In this document: positions 1-10,777 of the stretch, in pieces | How positions within the stretch are numbered: position 1 is the first letter of the stretch | How the letters are laid out: each line of letters starts with the position of its first letter | Assembly: GCA_964022095.1 (NCBI GenBank) | Contig: CAXHZO010000007.1 | Coordinates: 25,527-89,526 of the forward strand | Length of the DNA stretch: 64,000 bases | Source: an uncultured Arcobacteraceae bacterium | GTDB taxonomy: Bacteria > Campylobacterota > Campylobacteria > Campylobacterales > Arcobacteraceae | Reading direction: 5' to 3' | Translations under genes and position numbers: made by a program | Notes under the pieces: generated by a model | Told to the model about the DNA's origin: nothing | Database searches by the model: none | What the model saw: the letters and a program-made list of their open reading frames with translations, nothing else

Positions 1-396
1 GGTGTTATAGGAATACTTATTTCATGGAGTAGTTTTGTGGCTATTTTTGTAGCCTTATTGCTTCAAGCACTTTTATTAGGTTATGGAGGAATTACTAGCT
101 TAGGGGTGAATTTATTTATTATGGCAACACCTGCACTTATAGTGTATTATTTATATAACATGCAAATCGTAAAAAAAATAAATGAAAAGATAAAGTTCTT
201 TTTAGTTGGATTTTTGGGAACTTTTTTTGCTACGCTTTTCCTAACTTTAATATTATATTTTTCAAAAGAAGAATATAATTACGCTGCATATACAATATTT
301 TCTGTAAATATTGTAACAATGATTATAGAAGGTTTAGTAAGTATGTTTTTATTACTATTTATTAAAAAAGTCTATCCAAAAATATTGAAGGATTAA
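1..396 (+). CDS. cbiM: Co/Ni ECF transporter substrate component CbiM/NikM, 5'-truncated by the window edge
   Basis: Frame is open from base 1. Motif LLLQALLLGYGGITSLGVN and hydrophobic helices; followed by L, Q and O subunits. Confidence 0.85.
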   Translation, partial: GVIGILISWSSFVAIFVALLLQALLLGYGGITSLGVNLFIMATPALIVYYLYNMQIVKKINEKIKFFLVGFLGTFFATLFLTLILYFSKEEYNYAAYTIFSVNIVTMIIEGLVSMFLLLFIKKVYPKILKD

Positions 397-397
397 T

Positions 398-808
398 TTG
401 CGATTATTAGTAATATTACTTTTTATAATTACATTTTCAAGTGCACATAAAATCAATCTTTTTGTAACAACTCTTGATAATAAATTAGAAATATATTCAT
501 ATTTTGCAAATGGTTCACCATGCAAAAACTGTAGTTTTACTATAAAAAATAAAGAAAAAATTGTATTTCAAAATACTCTTAATGATAAAGGAATATATTT
601 ATATACTCCAAAACATGAAAAAATAGAAATTACAATTGACGCAAATAGCGGACATATTACAAAACAAACGGTTGTTGTTGATAATATAAAACATGAAGAT
701 ATCAAAAAACAACAAAATAAAGAAGAAAAAGATAAGTATTTTAAAATACTTATTGGATTAATTTTGATATTTATTCTTTTCTTTTTGTTAAAAAGATTTA
801 AAAAATGA
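398..808 (+). CDS. CbiL/NikL-like accessory component of the ECF transporter
   Basis: Signal peptide followed by AHKINLF, a periplasmic beta domain with DANSGH, and a C-terminal TM helix; lies between M and Q. Confidence 0.7.
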   Translation: MRLLVILLFIITFSSAHKINLFVTTLDNKLEIYSYFANGSPCKNCSFTIKNKEKIVFQNTLNDKGIYLYTPKHEKIEITIDANSGHITKQTVVVDNIKHEDIKKQQNKEEKDKYFKILIGLILIFILFFLLKRFKK

Positions 809-1452
809 GTAAAGAGTCAATAAATTTAATAAGTGCTTTTCTTTATTCTTTAGTCGTAGCTTTTTCCCCTTTAGAGTATCTGTTTTTATTACCAGTTTTA
901 ATTGCATTAATTATTGAAAAACAACATATAAAAGCTATTTTACAAAAACTATTTTTTCTGAATTTTTTTATATTAGTTTTAGTTTTGTTTGTGTTGTTTC
1001 AAAATAAGCAAGAAGCTATAGATTTACTATTTAGAACAAACTTAATTTTATTTTTTAATCTTGCAATATTTTATAGCTCTAAAGGTTATGATATTGTAAG
1101 AGGATTAGATAGCTTAAATTTTCCATCAAAAGTAGTTAGTGTATTTTATTTCACATTATCTCTTATAGATTACTTGCTAATGGATTTAAAAAAAACAAAA
1201 CAAAGTCTAAAAGCTAGAAGTTTTAGTGCAAATACATCACTATTTACATACCAAACTTATGGTAATATTTTTGCAATGATATTTATAAAAGCACTTAAAA
1301 AATCAGAAGATATGAAATATAGTATGAGTGCTAGGGGATTTGAAGATAAAATTTATTTTTTAAATTCAAACAAAATTGAAGTGTCTCAAAAACTATTATT
1401 TATATCAATTTGTCTAATAATTTTAAAGGTAACCTATGAGTTGTTCAGTTAA
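805..1452 (+). CDS. cbiQ: ECF transmembrane component T (CbiQ/NikQ)
   Basis: Multiple TM helices and two xRx motifs (KARSF, SARGF). Confidence 0.8.
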   Translation: MSKESINLISAFLYSLVVAFSPLEYLFLLPVLIALIIEKQHIKAILQKLFFLNFFILVLVLFVLFQNKQEAIDLLFRTNLILFFNLAIFYSSKGYDIVRGLDSLNFPSKVVSVFYFTLSLIDYLLMDLKKTKQSLKARSFSANTSLFTYQTYGNIFAMIFIKALKKSEDMKYSMSARGFEDKIYFLNSNKIEVSQKLLFISICLIILKVTYELFS

Positions 1453-2086
1453 TCTACGATCAATATCTTATAAAAATGATAAGAAAGAGCTATTTAAAAA
1501 TATAAATTTAAATTTAGGTCATGAAGAAAAAATAGCGATTATTGGTTCAAATGGTAGTGGTAAAAGTACATTACTTAAAATAATTGCAGGATTGATTGAA
1601 CCTACAGATGGCTATTTAGAATTATTTCATAATAAAATCAATACTTTAAAAGAGTATAAAAAGTATAGAAATGAAATAGCTTATTTACCTCAAGATGTAA
1701 CAAATCATTTTTTATGCCCAACTGTTATGGAAGATGTAATATTTACACTAAGAGCAAAAGGTGAGTCAAAAGAAATTGCTTTACAAAAAGCAGATGAGAT
1801 TTTAAATGATCTTGAAATATCTCATTTAAAAAATAGGGTTATATTTGATTTAAGTGGAGGTGAACAAAAAATTGTTGCACTTGCAGGATTATTAATTTTA
1901 AAGCCAAAGATATTATTACTTGACGAACCTACAAATGCTTTAGATGAAGAATCTGAAAGAAAAATTGTTAAGATATTAAACTCAATAAAAAAATCCATGA
2001 TTATTGTTTCACATCATAAAAGTTTTATTGAAAGATTAACTCCTACAATTTGCAAGCTACATAATAGTAGTTTAGAAAACTTATAA
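1436..2086 (+). CDS. cbiO: ECF ATPase (CbiO/NikO)
   Basis: Walker A GSNGSGKST, signature LSGGE, Walker B LLLDEPT; operon context. Confidence 0.85.
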   Translation: MSCSVNLRSISYKNDKKELFKNINLNLGHEEKIAIIGSNGSGKSTLLKIIAGLIEPTDGYLELFHNKINTLKEYKKYRNEIAYLPQDVTNHFLCPTVMEDVIFTLRAKGESKEIALQKADEILNDLEISHLKNRVIFDLSGGEQKIVALAGLLILKPKILLLDEPTNALDEESERKIVKILNSIKKSMIIVSHHKSFIERLTPTICKLHNSSLENL

Positions 2087-2100
2087 TAAAAGAGAAATAT

Positions 2101-3336
2101 TTGAATAAAATTTATGATGTAATAGTTATTGGTGGTGGACCTGCTGGAATATTAGCTGCTATTAGTGCAGCTAGTGAGAACAAATCTGTACTACTTTTAG
2201 AGAAACTTTCCAAAATAGCTGCAAAATTAAAAGCAACTGGTGGTGGAAAGTGTAATCTTACAAATACTTTATCAACTGATGAATTTATGGGTAAGTTTGG
2301 TAAAAATGGAAGATTTATGAGTGATGCATTAAATCAATTTAATGCAGATGATTTAAGAAAATTTTTTTCTAGTATAGGAGTTGAAACAATATCAAGAGAT
2401 GGCTTTAGAGTATTCCCTTTAAATCATAGTTCAAGTATTATTTTAACTGCATTAGATGATGAGATACAAAGACTTGGAATAGATGTTGAATGTTCAGTAA
2501 AGATTGATAAAATACAAAAAGATGAAGAGATATTTACTTTATATTCAAATGATAAGACATATACTTCAAAAAATATCATAATAGCAACTGGTGGTTTAGG
2601 TTATCCTGTTCTTGGAGCAACTGGTGATGGATACTCATATGCAAAAGAGTTTGGTCACAAAGTAACTGATACTCATCCTGCTATGATGCCTCTTTTTACA
2701 AAAGAAAAGAACTTTGCAGCTTGTAAAGCAGATACTATTGCAAAAGCAATACTAAAAGTTGATATCCCAAAATATAAGAAGTTAAAATTAACAGGGGATT
2801 TAATCTTTACAAAAGATGGTCTTAGAGGTCCTGTTATATTAGACTTCGCAAGAGAGATAACACCAATTCTTGCAAAATACAATGAAGTTCCACTTTTAAT
2901 TAGTTTTTTAAAAGGTATGAATGAAGATCAAATATTCTCACATATTAAAAAACAAATTGCAAACAAACCTGAAAGTACTATTTTAGAAAATTTAGAAACC
3001 TTACTAGCAACTAGTGTTGCAACACAAATTTGTAATATCAGTGAAGTTGATACATCTTTAAGATTTAAACAAATTGAAGGTCAAAAAAGAGAGAAACTTG
3101 TAAAAACATTAGCTTGGACACCATTTACAATCACTGGACATGATGGTTTTAAACATGCCATGATTACAAGAGGTGGAGTTGATTTAAAACAGATTGATCC
3201 AAAAACTATGCAAAGTAAACTAACAAATGGTTTATATTTCTGTGGAGAAGTTGTAAATATCGATGGCCCTTGTGGTGGATACAATCTTCAATGGTCTTTT
3301 TCAAGTGGGTTTTTAGCAGGTAAATTAAAAAGTTAA
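2101..3336 (+). CDS. HI0933/YhiN/BaiN-family flavoprotein
   Basis: GGGPAG FAD motif, TGGGKCNLTN, ATGG, TRGGV, GEVVNIDGPCGGYNLQ. Confidence 0.9.
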   Translation: MNKIYDVIVIGGGPAGILAAISAASENKSVLLLEKLSKIAAKLKATGGGKCNLTNTLSTDEFMGKFGKNGRFMSDALNQFNADDLRKFFSSIGVETISRDGFRVFPLNHSSSIILTALDDEIQRLGIDVECSVKIDKIQKDEEIFTLYSNDKTYTSKNIIIATGGLGYPVLGATGDGYSYAKEFGHKVTDTHPAMMPLFTKEKNFAACKADTIAKAILKVDIPKYKKLKLTGDLIFTKDGLRGPVILDFAREITPILAKYNEVPLLISFLKGMNEDQIFSHIKKQIANKPESTILENLETLLATSVATQICNISEVDTSLRFKQIEGQKREKLVKTLAWTPFTITGHDGFKHAMITRGGVDLKQIDPKTMQSKLTNGLYFCGEVVNIDGPCGGYNLQWSFSSGFLAGKLKS

Positions 3337-3409
3337 TCTCAGTACATATTTACAAGGAAAATAATATAATCATCACTAATATAATAATTAGAAAAGAGAA
3401 TCTATCCTA

Positions 3410-5266
3410 GTGAATAATTTTAACGACAAGATAAATCTAATATGGCAAATAGCAGAAAGTTTAAGAGGGGTTTATAAACCTGAAAAATATGGTGATGTGA
3501 TATTACCAATATGCGTGATTAAGAGATTTGATGAAATAATAAGTGAAAAAAAAGATGATATAGAAAAAGCTTACAATTTATATAAAGATATTCCACAAGA
3601 GTCACAAGAAGAGCTTATAAAAACTGAACTTGATGGTTTAGACTTTTATAATATCTCAGTTTTTTCCTTTGATAATTTATGTGATGACCAAGATAACCTA
3701 AAAGAAAATTTTATAAACTATTTACAAGGGTTTTCTTCAAATATCAAAGATATTATAGCTCACTTTGATTTCAACAAAGAGATAGACAAATTAGCAAAAA
3801 ACAATCAACTTTATCATGTAATAGATGAGTTTAACAACGTAGATTTACACCCAAATAGAGTAGATAATCAAACTATGGGTTATATTTTTGAAGAGTTAAT
3901 TAGAAAGTTTAAAGAAAATGCAGAAGCAGGAGACCACTACACTCCAAGAGAAGTAATCGAGCTTTGTATGAGAATGCTTTTTATGGGAAAAGAAAAACAA
4001 ATCAAAACAAAAGGTAAAGTTATCTCAATAGCTGATTTTTGTTGTGGTACTGGTGGTATGTTATCAGTTGGTCACAAAGATATACTAAAACAAAACCCAA
4101 GTGCAAAAGTAGAGCTATACGGACAAGAGATAAATGACGAATCTTACGCTATTTGTAAAGCTGATATGCTTATCAAAGGACAAGATACAAATAACATAGC
4201 CTTTGGAAATACACTTACAGATGATGGGCATAAAGGTAAAAACTATAGATTTCTTATCTCAAACCCACCTTTTGGAGTACAGTGGAAAAAAGAACAAGCT
4301 TATGTAAAAGCAGAACATGAATCTTATGGTTTTGAAGGAAGATTTGGAGCAGGAGTACCAAGAGTTAGTGATGGTTCACTTCTTTTCTTACAAAATATGA
4401 TAAATAAGATGTATAAAGATGAAGAGGGAAGCCGTCTTGCTATCATCTTCAATGGCTCACCACTTTTCACAGGTGATGCAGGTAGTGGTGAGAGTGAAAT
4501 AAGACGATGGATTATTGAAAAAGATATGTTAGAAGGAATTATATCTTTACCAACTGACCTTTTTTACAATACGGGGATTTCTACATATATTTGGGTTCTT
4601 AGCACATCAAAAAGTGATGAGAGAAAAGGCAAAATACAGCTTGTAAATGGAAGTGAGTTTTCAAAATCTATGAGAAAATCACTTGGAAGTAAAAGAAAGT
4701 TTATAAGTGATGAACAAATAGAAGAGTTAGAAGCATACTATAAAGAGTTTGATAACTATAAAGATTCTAAATACTCTAAAGTATTTGATAATAGTGATTT
4801 TGGTTTTACAAAAGTTACAGTGGAGCGACCAAAGAATCTAGCTGAAATACTTGAAGATGAAAAAGACAAAGATAAGTTTTATACAATTGCTCCAACGGTA
4901 AGAGAAGTTGTAGAAGAAAAGTTATTGGAAATAGAAGAAAAAAGATTAGAGTTTAAATCTAAAAAAGAATTTCTTTCTTTTCTTGGGGTGACTTTAACTG
5001 CTTCAAGACAAAATGTACTAATATCAAAAGATAGTGAATCAATACCACTTAAAAAAGATATACAAGAGTACTACAAAGAAGAGGTAAAACCTCATTTAGT
5101 TTCATCATGGCTTGATGAAAGTACTTTTGATAACATAGGTTATGAAATACCTTTTACTAGACACTTTTATGAGTATAAAAAGCTAGATAGTTTTGAAAAT
5201 ATCATGGTAGATATAAAAGAGCTAGAATCTAGTATAAATGATAATTTAAAAGAGTTGTTAGCCTAA
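3410..5266 (+). CDS. hsdM: Type I RM N6-adenine methyltransferase subunit
   Basis: HYTPREVI, motif I DFCCGTGGML, motif IV NPPF, C-terminal YEIPFTRHFY; GTG start. Confidence 0.95.
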   Translation: MNNFNDKINLIWQIAESLRGVYKPEKYGDVILPICVIKRFDEIISEKKDDIEKAYNLYKDIPQESQEELIKTELDGLDFYNISVFSFDNLCDDQDNLKENFINYLQGFSSNIKDIIAHFDFNKEIDKLAKNNQLYHVIDEFNNVDLHPNRVDNQTMGYIFEELIRKFKENAEAGDHYTPREVIELCMRMLFMGKEKQIKTKGKVISIADFCCGTGGMLSVGHKDILKQNPSAKVELYGQEINDESYAICKADMLIKGQDTNNIAFGNTLTDDGHKGKNYRFLISNPPFGVQWKKEQAYVKAEHESYGFEGRFGAGVPRVSDGSLLFLQNMINKMYKDEEGSRLAIIFNGSPLFTGDAGSGESEIRRWIIEKDMLEGIISLPTDLFYNTGISTYIWVLSTSKSDERKGKIQLVNGSEFSKSMRKSLGSKRKFISDEQIEELEAYYKEFDNYKDSKYSKVFDNSDFGFTKVTVERPKNLAEILEDEKDKDKFYTIAPTVREVVEEKLLEIEEKRLEFKSKKEFLSFLGVTLTASRQNVLISKDSESIPLKKDIQEYYKEEVKPHLVSSWLDESTFDNIGYEIPFTRHFYEYKKLDSFENIMVDIKELESSINDNLKELLA

Positions 5267-6630
5267 TGCAATATAGAGTAAGAAAACAAAGTGAGCTTAA
5301 GCCAAGTGGTGTTGAGTGGCTTGGAGATATTCCAAATACATGGAGTTTTTCTAGACTAAGTTATAATATAAAATTATTAAATGGTTATGCATTCAGTTCT
5401 ACAATACATCACGGTGATGGCATTAATATTATCAAAATGAGTAACTTAAAGGATGGTAATATAATCTTTAAGGATAATAATCAAAAGTTTAATATTACTG
5501 ATAAGTTGAGTAAATTTCTTTTAAAGGAAAATGATATTTTAATTGGATTATCTGGTAGTATTGAAAACTTTGCAGTAGTAAAAAACAACCACTTACCAGC
5601 ATATTTAAATCAGAGAGTATGTTCTTTGAGGGCGACAAATAATATATTAAATCAATTTATATGTTATATTATTCTTAGTAAATATTTTAAAGAACAGATT
5701 CAAGTTAATATAACAGGTTCTACAATTGTTAACTTAAGTACTGAATCATTAGAACGTGTAAAAGTTTTAGTTCCCAATATTTCTAAACAAGAGAAAATAA
5801 TATTCTTCTTGAATAAAAAAACACAAATATTCGATGACTCTATCTCAAAAAAAGAGGAGCTTATCACTAAACTTGAAAAGGCAAAACAATCTTTGATAAG
5901 TGAAGTAGTGACAGGAAAACTAAAAGTTATCGAAAAAAATGAAAAACTACAAACTATAAAAAGAGAAAAAGAAGAACTAAAACCAAGTAAGGTTGAATGG
6001 CTTGGGTATATTCCAAAAGATTGGCAAGTTAAAAAATTAGGATATGTCTTCAAATTTAAAAATGGTGTAAATGCTGATTCCTCAAGCTATGGAAAAGGTT
6101 TAAAGTTTATTAATGTAAAAGAGACTATTAATACTGATTTTATTTTAGAAAAAGATATAGAAGGTTCAGTTAATGTTCCTGAATCTATTATAAAAGAAAA
6201 TTTACTCCAAAAAGGGGATGTACTTTTTAATAGAACATCTGAAACAGCTGAGGAAATAGCTTTAAGTACGGTTTATTATGATGATGCAAAAGCTTTATTT
6301 GGTGGCTTTGTTATAAGAGGACGACAAATTACAAATGATTTAGATTTGGATTTTAAAAGATACTGTTTTCAATCATATGAAATAAGAAAACAAATAATAT
6401 CATTTGCTAGTGGAAGTATTAGAAAAAATATCGCACAAACAAATTTAAAAGATGTATATCTTACTTTTCCAAATATAGATGAACAAAAACAAATATCAAA
6501 ATACCTTGACGAAAAAATAAAAACATTTGATAACACAATCGAAAAAACAAAACAAAGCATAACAAAACTAAAACAAGCCAAAGAATCACTTATCAGTGAA
6601 GCAGTGACAGGAAAAATTGAGATTTTATAA
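5266..6630 (+). CDS. hsdS: Type I RM specificity subunit with two TRDs
   Basis: Duplicated conserved regions KPSxVEWLGxIPxxW and SLISExVTGK flank two variable domains; TAATG coupling with hsdM. Confidence 0.95.
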   Translation: MQYRVRKQSELKPSGVEWLGDIPNTWSFSRLSYNIKLLNGYAFSSTIHHGDGINIIKMSNLKDGNIIFKDNNQKFNITDKLSKFLLKENDILIGLSGSIENFAVVKNNHLPAYLNQRVCSLRATNNILNQFICYIILSKYFKEQIQVNITGSTIVNLSTESLERVKVLVPNISKQEKIIFFLNKKTQIFDDSISKKEELITKLEKAKQSLISEVVTGKLKVIEKNEKLQTIKREKEELKPSKVEWLGYIPKDWQVKKLGYVFKFKNGVNADSSSYGKGLKFINVKETINTDFILEKDIEGSVNVPESIIKENLLQKGDVLFNRTSETAEEIALSTVYYDDAKALFGGFVIRGRQITNDLDLDFKRYCFQSYEIRKQIISFASGSIRKNIAQTNLKDVYLTFPNIDEQKQISKYLDEKIKTFDNTIEKTKQSITKLKQAKESLISEAVTGKIEIL

Positions 6631-6639
6631 AGGAAAAAG

Positions 6640-7668
6640 ATGAGCGAATTAATAGAAAACAAAAACTTACTAAATGAATTAAAACTTTTAATCAGTGATA
6701 CAAAACAGAAAGTAACTATTAGTGTAAACTCATCTTTAACACTTCTTTATTGGAATATTGGTAAAAAAATTCAAGATGATATTATCAAAACTGATAGGGC
6801 AAATTATGGAGAGCAAATTGTGCAGACAGTGAGTGCACAATTGGTCAAAGAGTTTGGTAAAGGTTATGCCAAAAGAAATATTTTGAATATGATTAGGTTT
6901 TATAAGGTCTTTTCTGATGAAAGAAAAGTGCATTCACTGAGTACACAATTGTCTTGGACTCATTTTAAAACATTGATTTATATAGAAGATGAACTAAAAA
7001 GAACTTTTTATATAGAAATGACAAAGCTTGACAAGTGGAGTACAAGAACTTTACAAGATAGAATAGACTCACAACTTTATGAAAGAACAGCTTTATCTAA
7101 AAAAAGTGATGAGCTTATATCAACTGAACTTAAAAACCTAAAACAAGGTGAAGTAAAAACAAATATGCTTTTAAAAGACCCCTATGTTTTAGACTTTTTA
7201 GAGTTAAAAGATAGATATTTAGAAAAAGATTTAGAAGATGCTATTTTAAGAGATATAGAGAGTTTTATATTGGAGCTTGGACATGGTTTTACTTTTGTGG
7301 CAAGACAAAAAAGAGTTCAAATAGGCGATGATGATTTTTATATTGATTTACTTTTTTATAATAGAAAATTAAAAAGATTAATAGCTATTGATTTAAAACT
7401 AGGAAGATTTAAAGCTGAGTATAAAGGTCAAATGGAATTATACTTAAAATACTTAGAAAAATATGAGATGGAAGAGGGTGAACAAAGCCCTATGGGAATC
7501 ATACTATGCTCTTCAAAAAATGAAGAGCAAATAGAGTTACTTGAACTTGAAAAAAGCTCAATTCATGTGGCAAAATACCTTACGATACTTCCACCAAAAG
7601 ATGAGTTTGAAAAAAGACTTCATCAAGCTATACAAAAAGCAAAAGAAAAATATCAAATCAAGGAATAG
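6640..7668 (+). CDS. DUF1016/YhcG-family PD-(D/E)XK nuclease-like protein
   Basis: LYWNIG, LSWTH, KDPYVLDFL, LELGHGFTFVARQ, IDLLFY, DLK, GQMELY. Confidence 0.9.
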   Translation: MSELIENKNLLNELKLLISDTKQKVTISVNSSLTLLYWNIGKKIQDDIIKTDRANYGEQIVQTVSAQLVKEFGKGYAKRNILNMIRFYKVFSDERKVHSLSTQLSWTHFKTLIYIEDELKRTFYIEMTKLDKWSTRTLQDRIDSQLYERTALSKKSDELISTELKNLKQGEVKTNMLLKDPYVLDFLELKDRYLEKDLEDAILRDIESFILELGHGFTFVARQKRVQIGDDDFYIDLLFYNRKLKRLIAIDLKLGRFKAEYKGQMELYLKYLEKYEMEEGEQSPMGIILCSSKNEEQIELLELEKSSIHVAKYLTILPPKDEFEKRLHQAIQKAKEKYQIKE

Positions 7669-7671
7669 TTT

Positions 7672-10641
7672 ATGGCTCAGATTTTAGAAAAAGACATAGA
7701 GGAACTTATAGAAGATTCTCTTATTGACAATGGATATAGACAAACAAAAAGTGAAGAGTTTGATAAAAAATATTGTTTTAATAAGCTTGATATGATAAAG
7801 TTTTTAGAGGAAACTCAAAGTGAACTATTAGAAGAGTTTAAAAGCTCTCGTCCTCAAAACTGGCAAGAAAAACTACTTGATTTAATAAGCTTGGATATTA
7901 AAAGAAAAGGCTTGATAAAAGTACTAAGAGAAGGAGTTGAGGATTTTTCTTTGTCTTCAAATCTAAAGCTAGTATATTTCAAACCAAACAACAATAAAAA
8001 CCTAGATACTGTAGAAAGGTATGAGAAAAATAGGTTTTCTATTACTAGGCAACTTTACTTTGAAAATACAGCAAAAACTTCTATTGATTTAGTACTGTTT
8101 CTAAATGGACTTCCAATAGTTGTAATGGAGCTAAAAAACAAATACACAGGTCAAAACACAAAAGAAGCAGAAAAACAATTTAGACTTGATAGAAGTTATA
8201 AAAATACACTAACACAGTTTAACCAAAGAGCATTGATATATTTTGCTTTAGATAATGATGAGGTATCAATGGCTACAGAGCTTAAAGGAAAAGATACTTT
8301 CTTTTTACCTTTTAACAAAGGTTTTGAAAATGGATCAGGAAATCCAATCGTTAAAGGTAAGTTAAAAACACATTATTTATGGGAAGAAATACTTTTAAAA
8401 GACTCTTTACTTGATATATTCAGAAACTTTTATTTTATTCAAGAAGATACAAAAACAGATAAAAAAATAGCAATATTTCCAAGGTTTCATCAACTAGATG
8501 TGGTGAAAAGTTTAGAGAAAACAGTTAAAGAAGAAAAGTCAGGACATAAGTATCTTCTACAACATAGTGCAGGAAGTGGTAAGACAAACTCTATTTCGTG
8601 GCTGGCTCACAGACTTTCAAAACTGCATGACGAAGAAGAAAATCCTATCTTTGATAGTGTATTAGTCCTAACTGATAGAAAGGTATTAGATAAACAGCTT
8701 CAAGACGCTATTTATCAACTTGATAAAACAAGGGGAATAGTAGTAAAAATAGATAAAAACAAAACTTCAAAAGATTTGGCAGAAGCTTTAAAAAAAGGCT
8801 CAAAGATTATTATTACTACTATTCAAAAATTTTCACACGCATATAAAGAACTAGATAAATTAGATAAGAAAAAGTATGCCATTATCATAGATGAAGCACA
8901 CTCAAGTACAAGTGGTGAAAATATGAACTATCTTAAGCTTTCCCTTGCAGGAAAAACACTAGAAGAAGCAAAAGAGTTAGAAAAACAGTATGATGAGACA
9001 AGTGAAGATAAACTAAATAATATCATAGATGCTATTACAAATACAGGACATTTGAGTTTCTTTGCTTTTACTGCAACGCCAAAAGATAAAACTATGCAAA
9101 TTTTTGGAAGAGAGGGCAAAGATGATAAGCCCCATGAGTTCCATCTTTATTCTATGCGACAAGCAATTGAAGAAGGATTTATCTTAGACCCTCTTAGAAA
9201 CTATATGGTAAGTGATACTTATTTTAAAATTGGTAAAAAAATCAAAGATAATCCAGAGTTTGAAAAAACAGCAGCCAATAAAGCTATAGGTACATTTATA
9301 AACCTACACGAACATAATATTGAACAAAAAGTTGAAACTATAGTAGAAGATTTTATGGCAAATAGACAAGGATGGTTAAAACAAAAAGCAAAAGCTATGA
9401 TAGTTACTGGTTCAAGACTTCATGCTTTAAAGTATAAGTTGGCTATGGATAAGTACTTAGCTTCAAACTACCCACATATCAAGTCACTTATAGCGTTTTC
9501 AGGTGAGCTTGAAATGGATGAAGAAAAATACACAGAAGAGAGCGTAAATCACATAAAAGAGAGTGAATTACCTGAGGTATTTGATACAGTAAATGAAGTA
9601 AAGTTTTTAATAGTTGCTGATAAATACCAAACAGGCTTTGACCAGCCAAAACTTTGTGCTATGTATGTTGATAAAATGCTAAATGGCGTAACATCAGTCC
9701 AAACACTATCAAGACTAAATAGAGTTACAAAAGGCAAAGATAATACTTTTGTATTAGACTTTGTAAATGAAGTAGATACGATACGGGAATCTTTTGCTAG
9801 ATATTACACAGCTTCAAATATACAAAAAGTAACTGACCCAAATATCGTGTTTGAGTTCTATCATAAAATTGATGAGTTTCATATCTGTTATCAAGATGAG
9901 ATAAGTGAGTATTGTAAATTGTACTTTAAAGATGAAAGAGATGTTTCAGATATTGCAAATATGGATAATCTCGTAAATTTTGCTATTGAGCGATTTTTAA
10001 AGCTTGATGATGAGAAAAAACAAGAAGAGTTTAAAACATATGTGATTAAGTATTTTAGGTCATATAACTTTTTGATGCAAATTTATGCATTTAGAAAACT
10101 GAGTTTATATGAAATGTATATTTTCTTAGGCTCACTAATCAAAAAGTTCCCTAAAGATAATACCTTTACAAAACTAGAATTAGATGAATTACTTAGCCTT
10201 GATTTTTATAAACTAAAAAGAATGAATGGTACAGAAACAAAAGGTGAAGATATATCACTTGAAAGAGGTGATGAAAAAGAGTTAAAAGGCTTTTCAAGTG
10301 GTGGAAGTAGAAAAAAAGATAAAGTTGAAGAGGATTTAGATAGTTTAATTCAAAGAATAAATGACCTATTTGGGATGGATTTAAGCGAAGAAGATAGACT
10401 GGCTTTCTATGACCAACCTTTACAATCTCATATGGCAAATGAAGAGTTAAAAGATATTGCAACTGTGAATAACTACGATGAGTTTGAAACACAGTTTAAA
10501 AAAGACTTTTTCTTAAAAACAATAGTAAATAAAAAAAGTGTGAATGAAGAGTTGTTTCATAAGATATTTACAGATAGTAGTTTTAAGTCATATTTGATTG
10601 AAAATATGTCTAAGGAGTTATATAGACATTTTAATAGTTAA
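7672..10641 (+). CDS. hsdR: Type I RM restriction subunit
   Basis: Nuclease motif DLVLFLNGLP..MELK; helicase motifs QHSAGSGKT, DEAH, FTATP, TGFDQP, QTLSRLNR. Confidence 0.95.
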   Translation: MAQILEKDIEELIEDSLIDNGYRQTKSEEFDKKYCFNKLDMIKFLEETQSELLEEFKSSRPQNWQEKLLDLISLDIKRKGLIKVLREGVEDFSLSSNLKLVYFKPNNNKNLDTVERYEKNRFSITRQLYFENTAKTSIDLVLFLNGLPIVVMELKNKYTGQNTKEAEKQFRLDRSYKNTLTQFNQRALIYFALDNDEVSMATELKGKDTFFLPFNKGFENGSGNPIVKGKLKTHYLWEEILLKDSLLDIFRNFYFIQEDTKTDKKIAIFPRFHQLDVVKSLEKTVKEEKSGHKYLLQHSAGSGKTNSISWLAHRLSKLHDEEENPIFDSVLVLTDRKVLDKQLQDAIYQLDKTRGIVVKIDKNKTSKDLAEALKKGSKIIITTIQKFSHAYKELDKLDKKKYAIIIDEAHSSTSGENMNYLKLSLAGKTLEEAKELEKQYDETSEDKLNNIIDAITNTGHLSFFAFTATPKDKTMQIFGREGKDDKPHEFHLYSMRQAIEEGFILDPLRNYMVSDTYFKIGKKIKDNPEFEKTAANKAIGTFINLHEHNIEQKVETIVEDFMANRQGWLKQKAKAMIVTGSRLHALKYKLAMDKYLASNYPHIKSLIAFSGELEMDEEKYTEESVNHIKESELPEVFDTVNEVKFLIVADKYQTGFDQPKLCAMYVDKMLNGVTSVQTLSRLNRVTKGKDNTFVLDFVNEVDTIRESFARYYTASNIQKVTDPNIVFEFYHKIDEFHICYQDEISEYCKLYFKDERDVSDIANMDNLVNFAIERFLKLDDEKKQEEFKTYVIKYFRSYNFLMQIYAFRKLSLYEMYIFLGSLIKKFPKDNTFTKLELDELLSLDFYKLKRMNGTETKGEDISLERGDEKELKGFSSGGSRKKDKVEEDLDSLIQRINDLFGMDLSEEDRLAFYDQPLQSHMANEELKDIATVNNYDEFETQFKKDFFLKTIVNKKSVNEELFHKIFTDSSFKSYLIENMSKELYRHFNS

Positions 10642-10777
10642 TTGTAGTTTAAAATTATTTTGTTCTAAAAATACATAAGAAATTAAAAAAATTATACTTC
10701 CTTTAGACTTTTTGAGTTAAACTTTATAAAATGAATAGAGATTCACAAAAGACTTAACAATAAAAAAGGAATAAAAT

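Noticed and set aside
5266-6630. Invertible hsdS shufflon
   Set aside because: Single hsdS; the repeats are direct rather than inverted, and there are no silent TRD cassettes or recombinase.
3337-10777. RM locus as a transposon or integrative element
   Set aside because: No integrase, transposase, terminal inverted repeats or target-site duplication found at the flanks.
10642-10777. NikR operator upstream of hypB
   Set aside because: The region is too AT-rich to distinguish a degenerate operator from background by eye.
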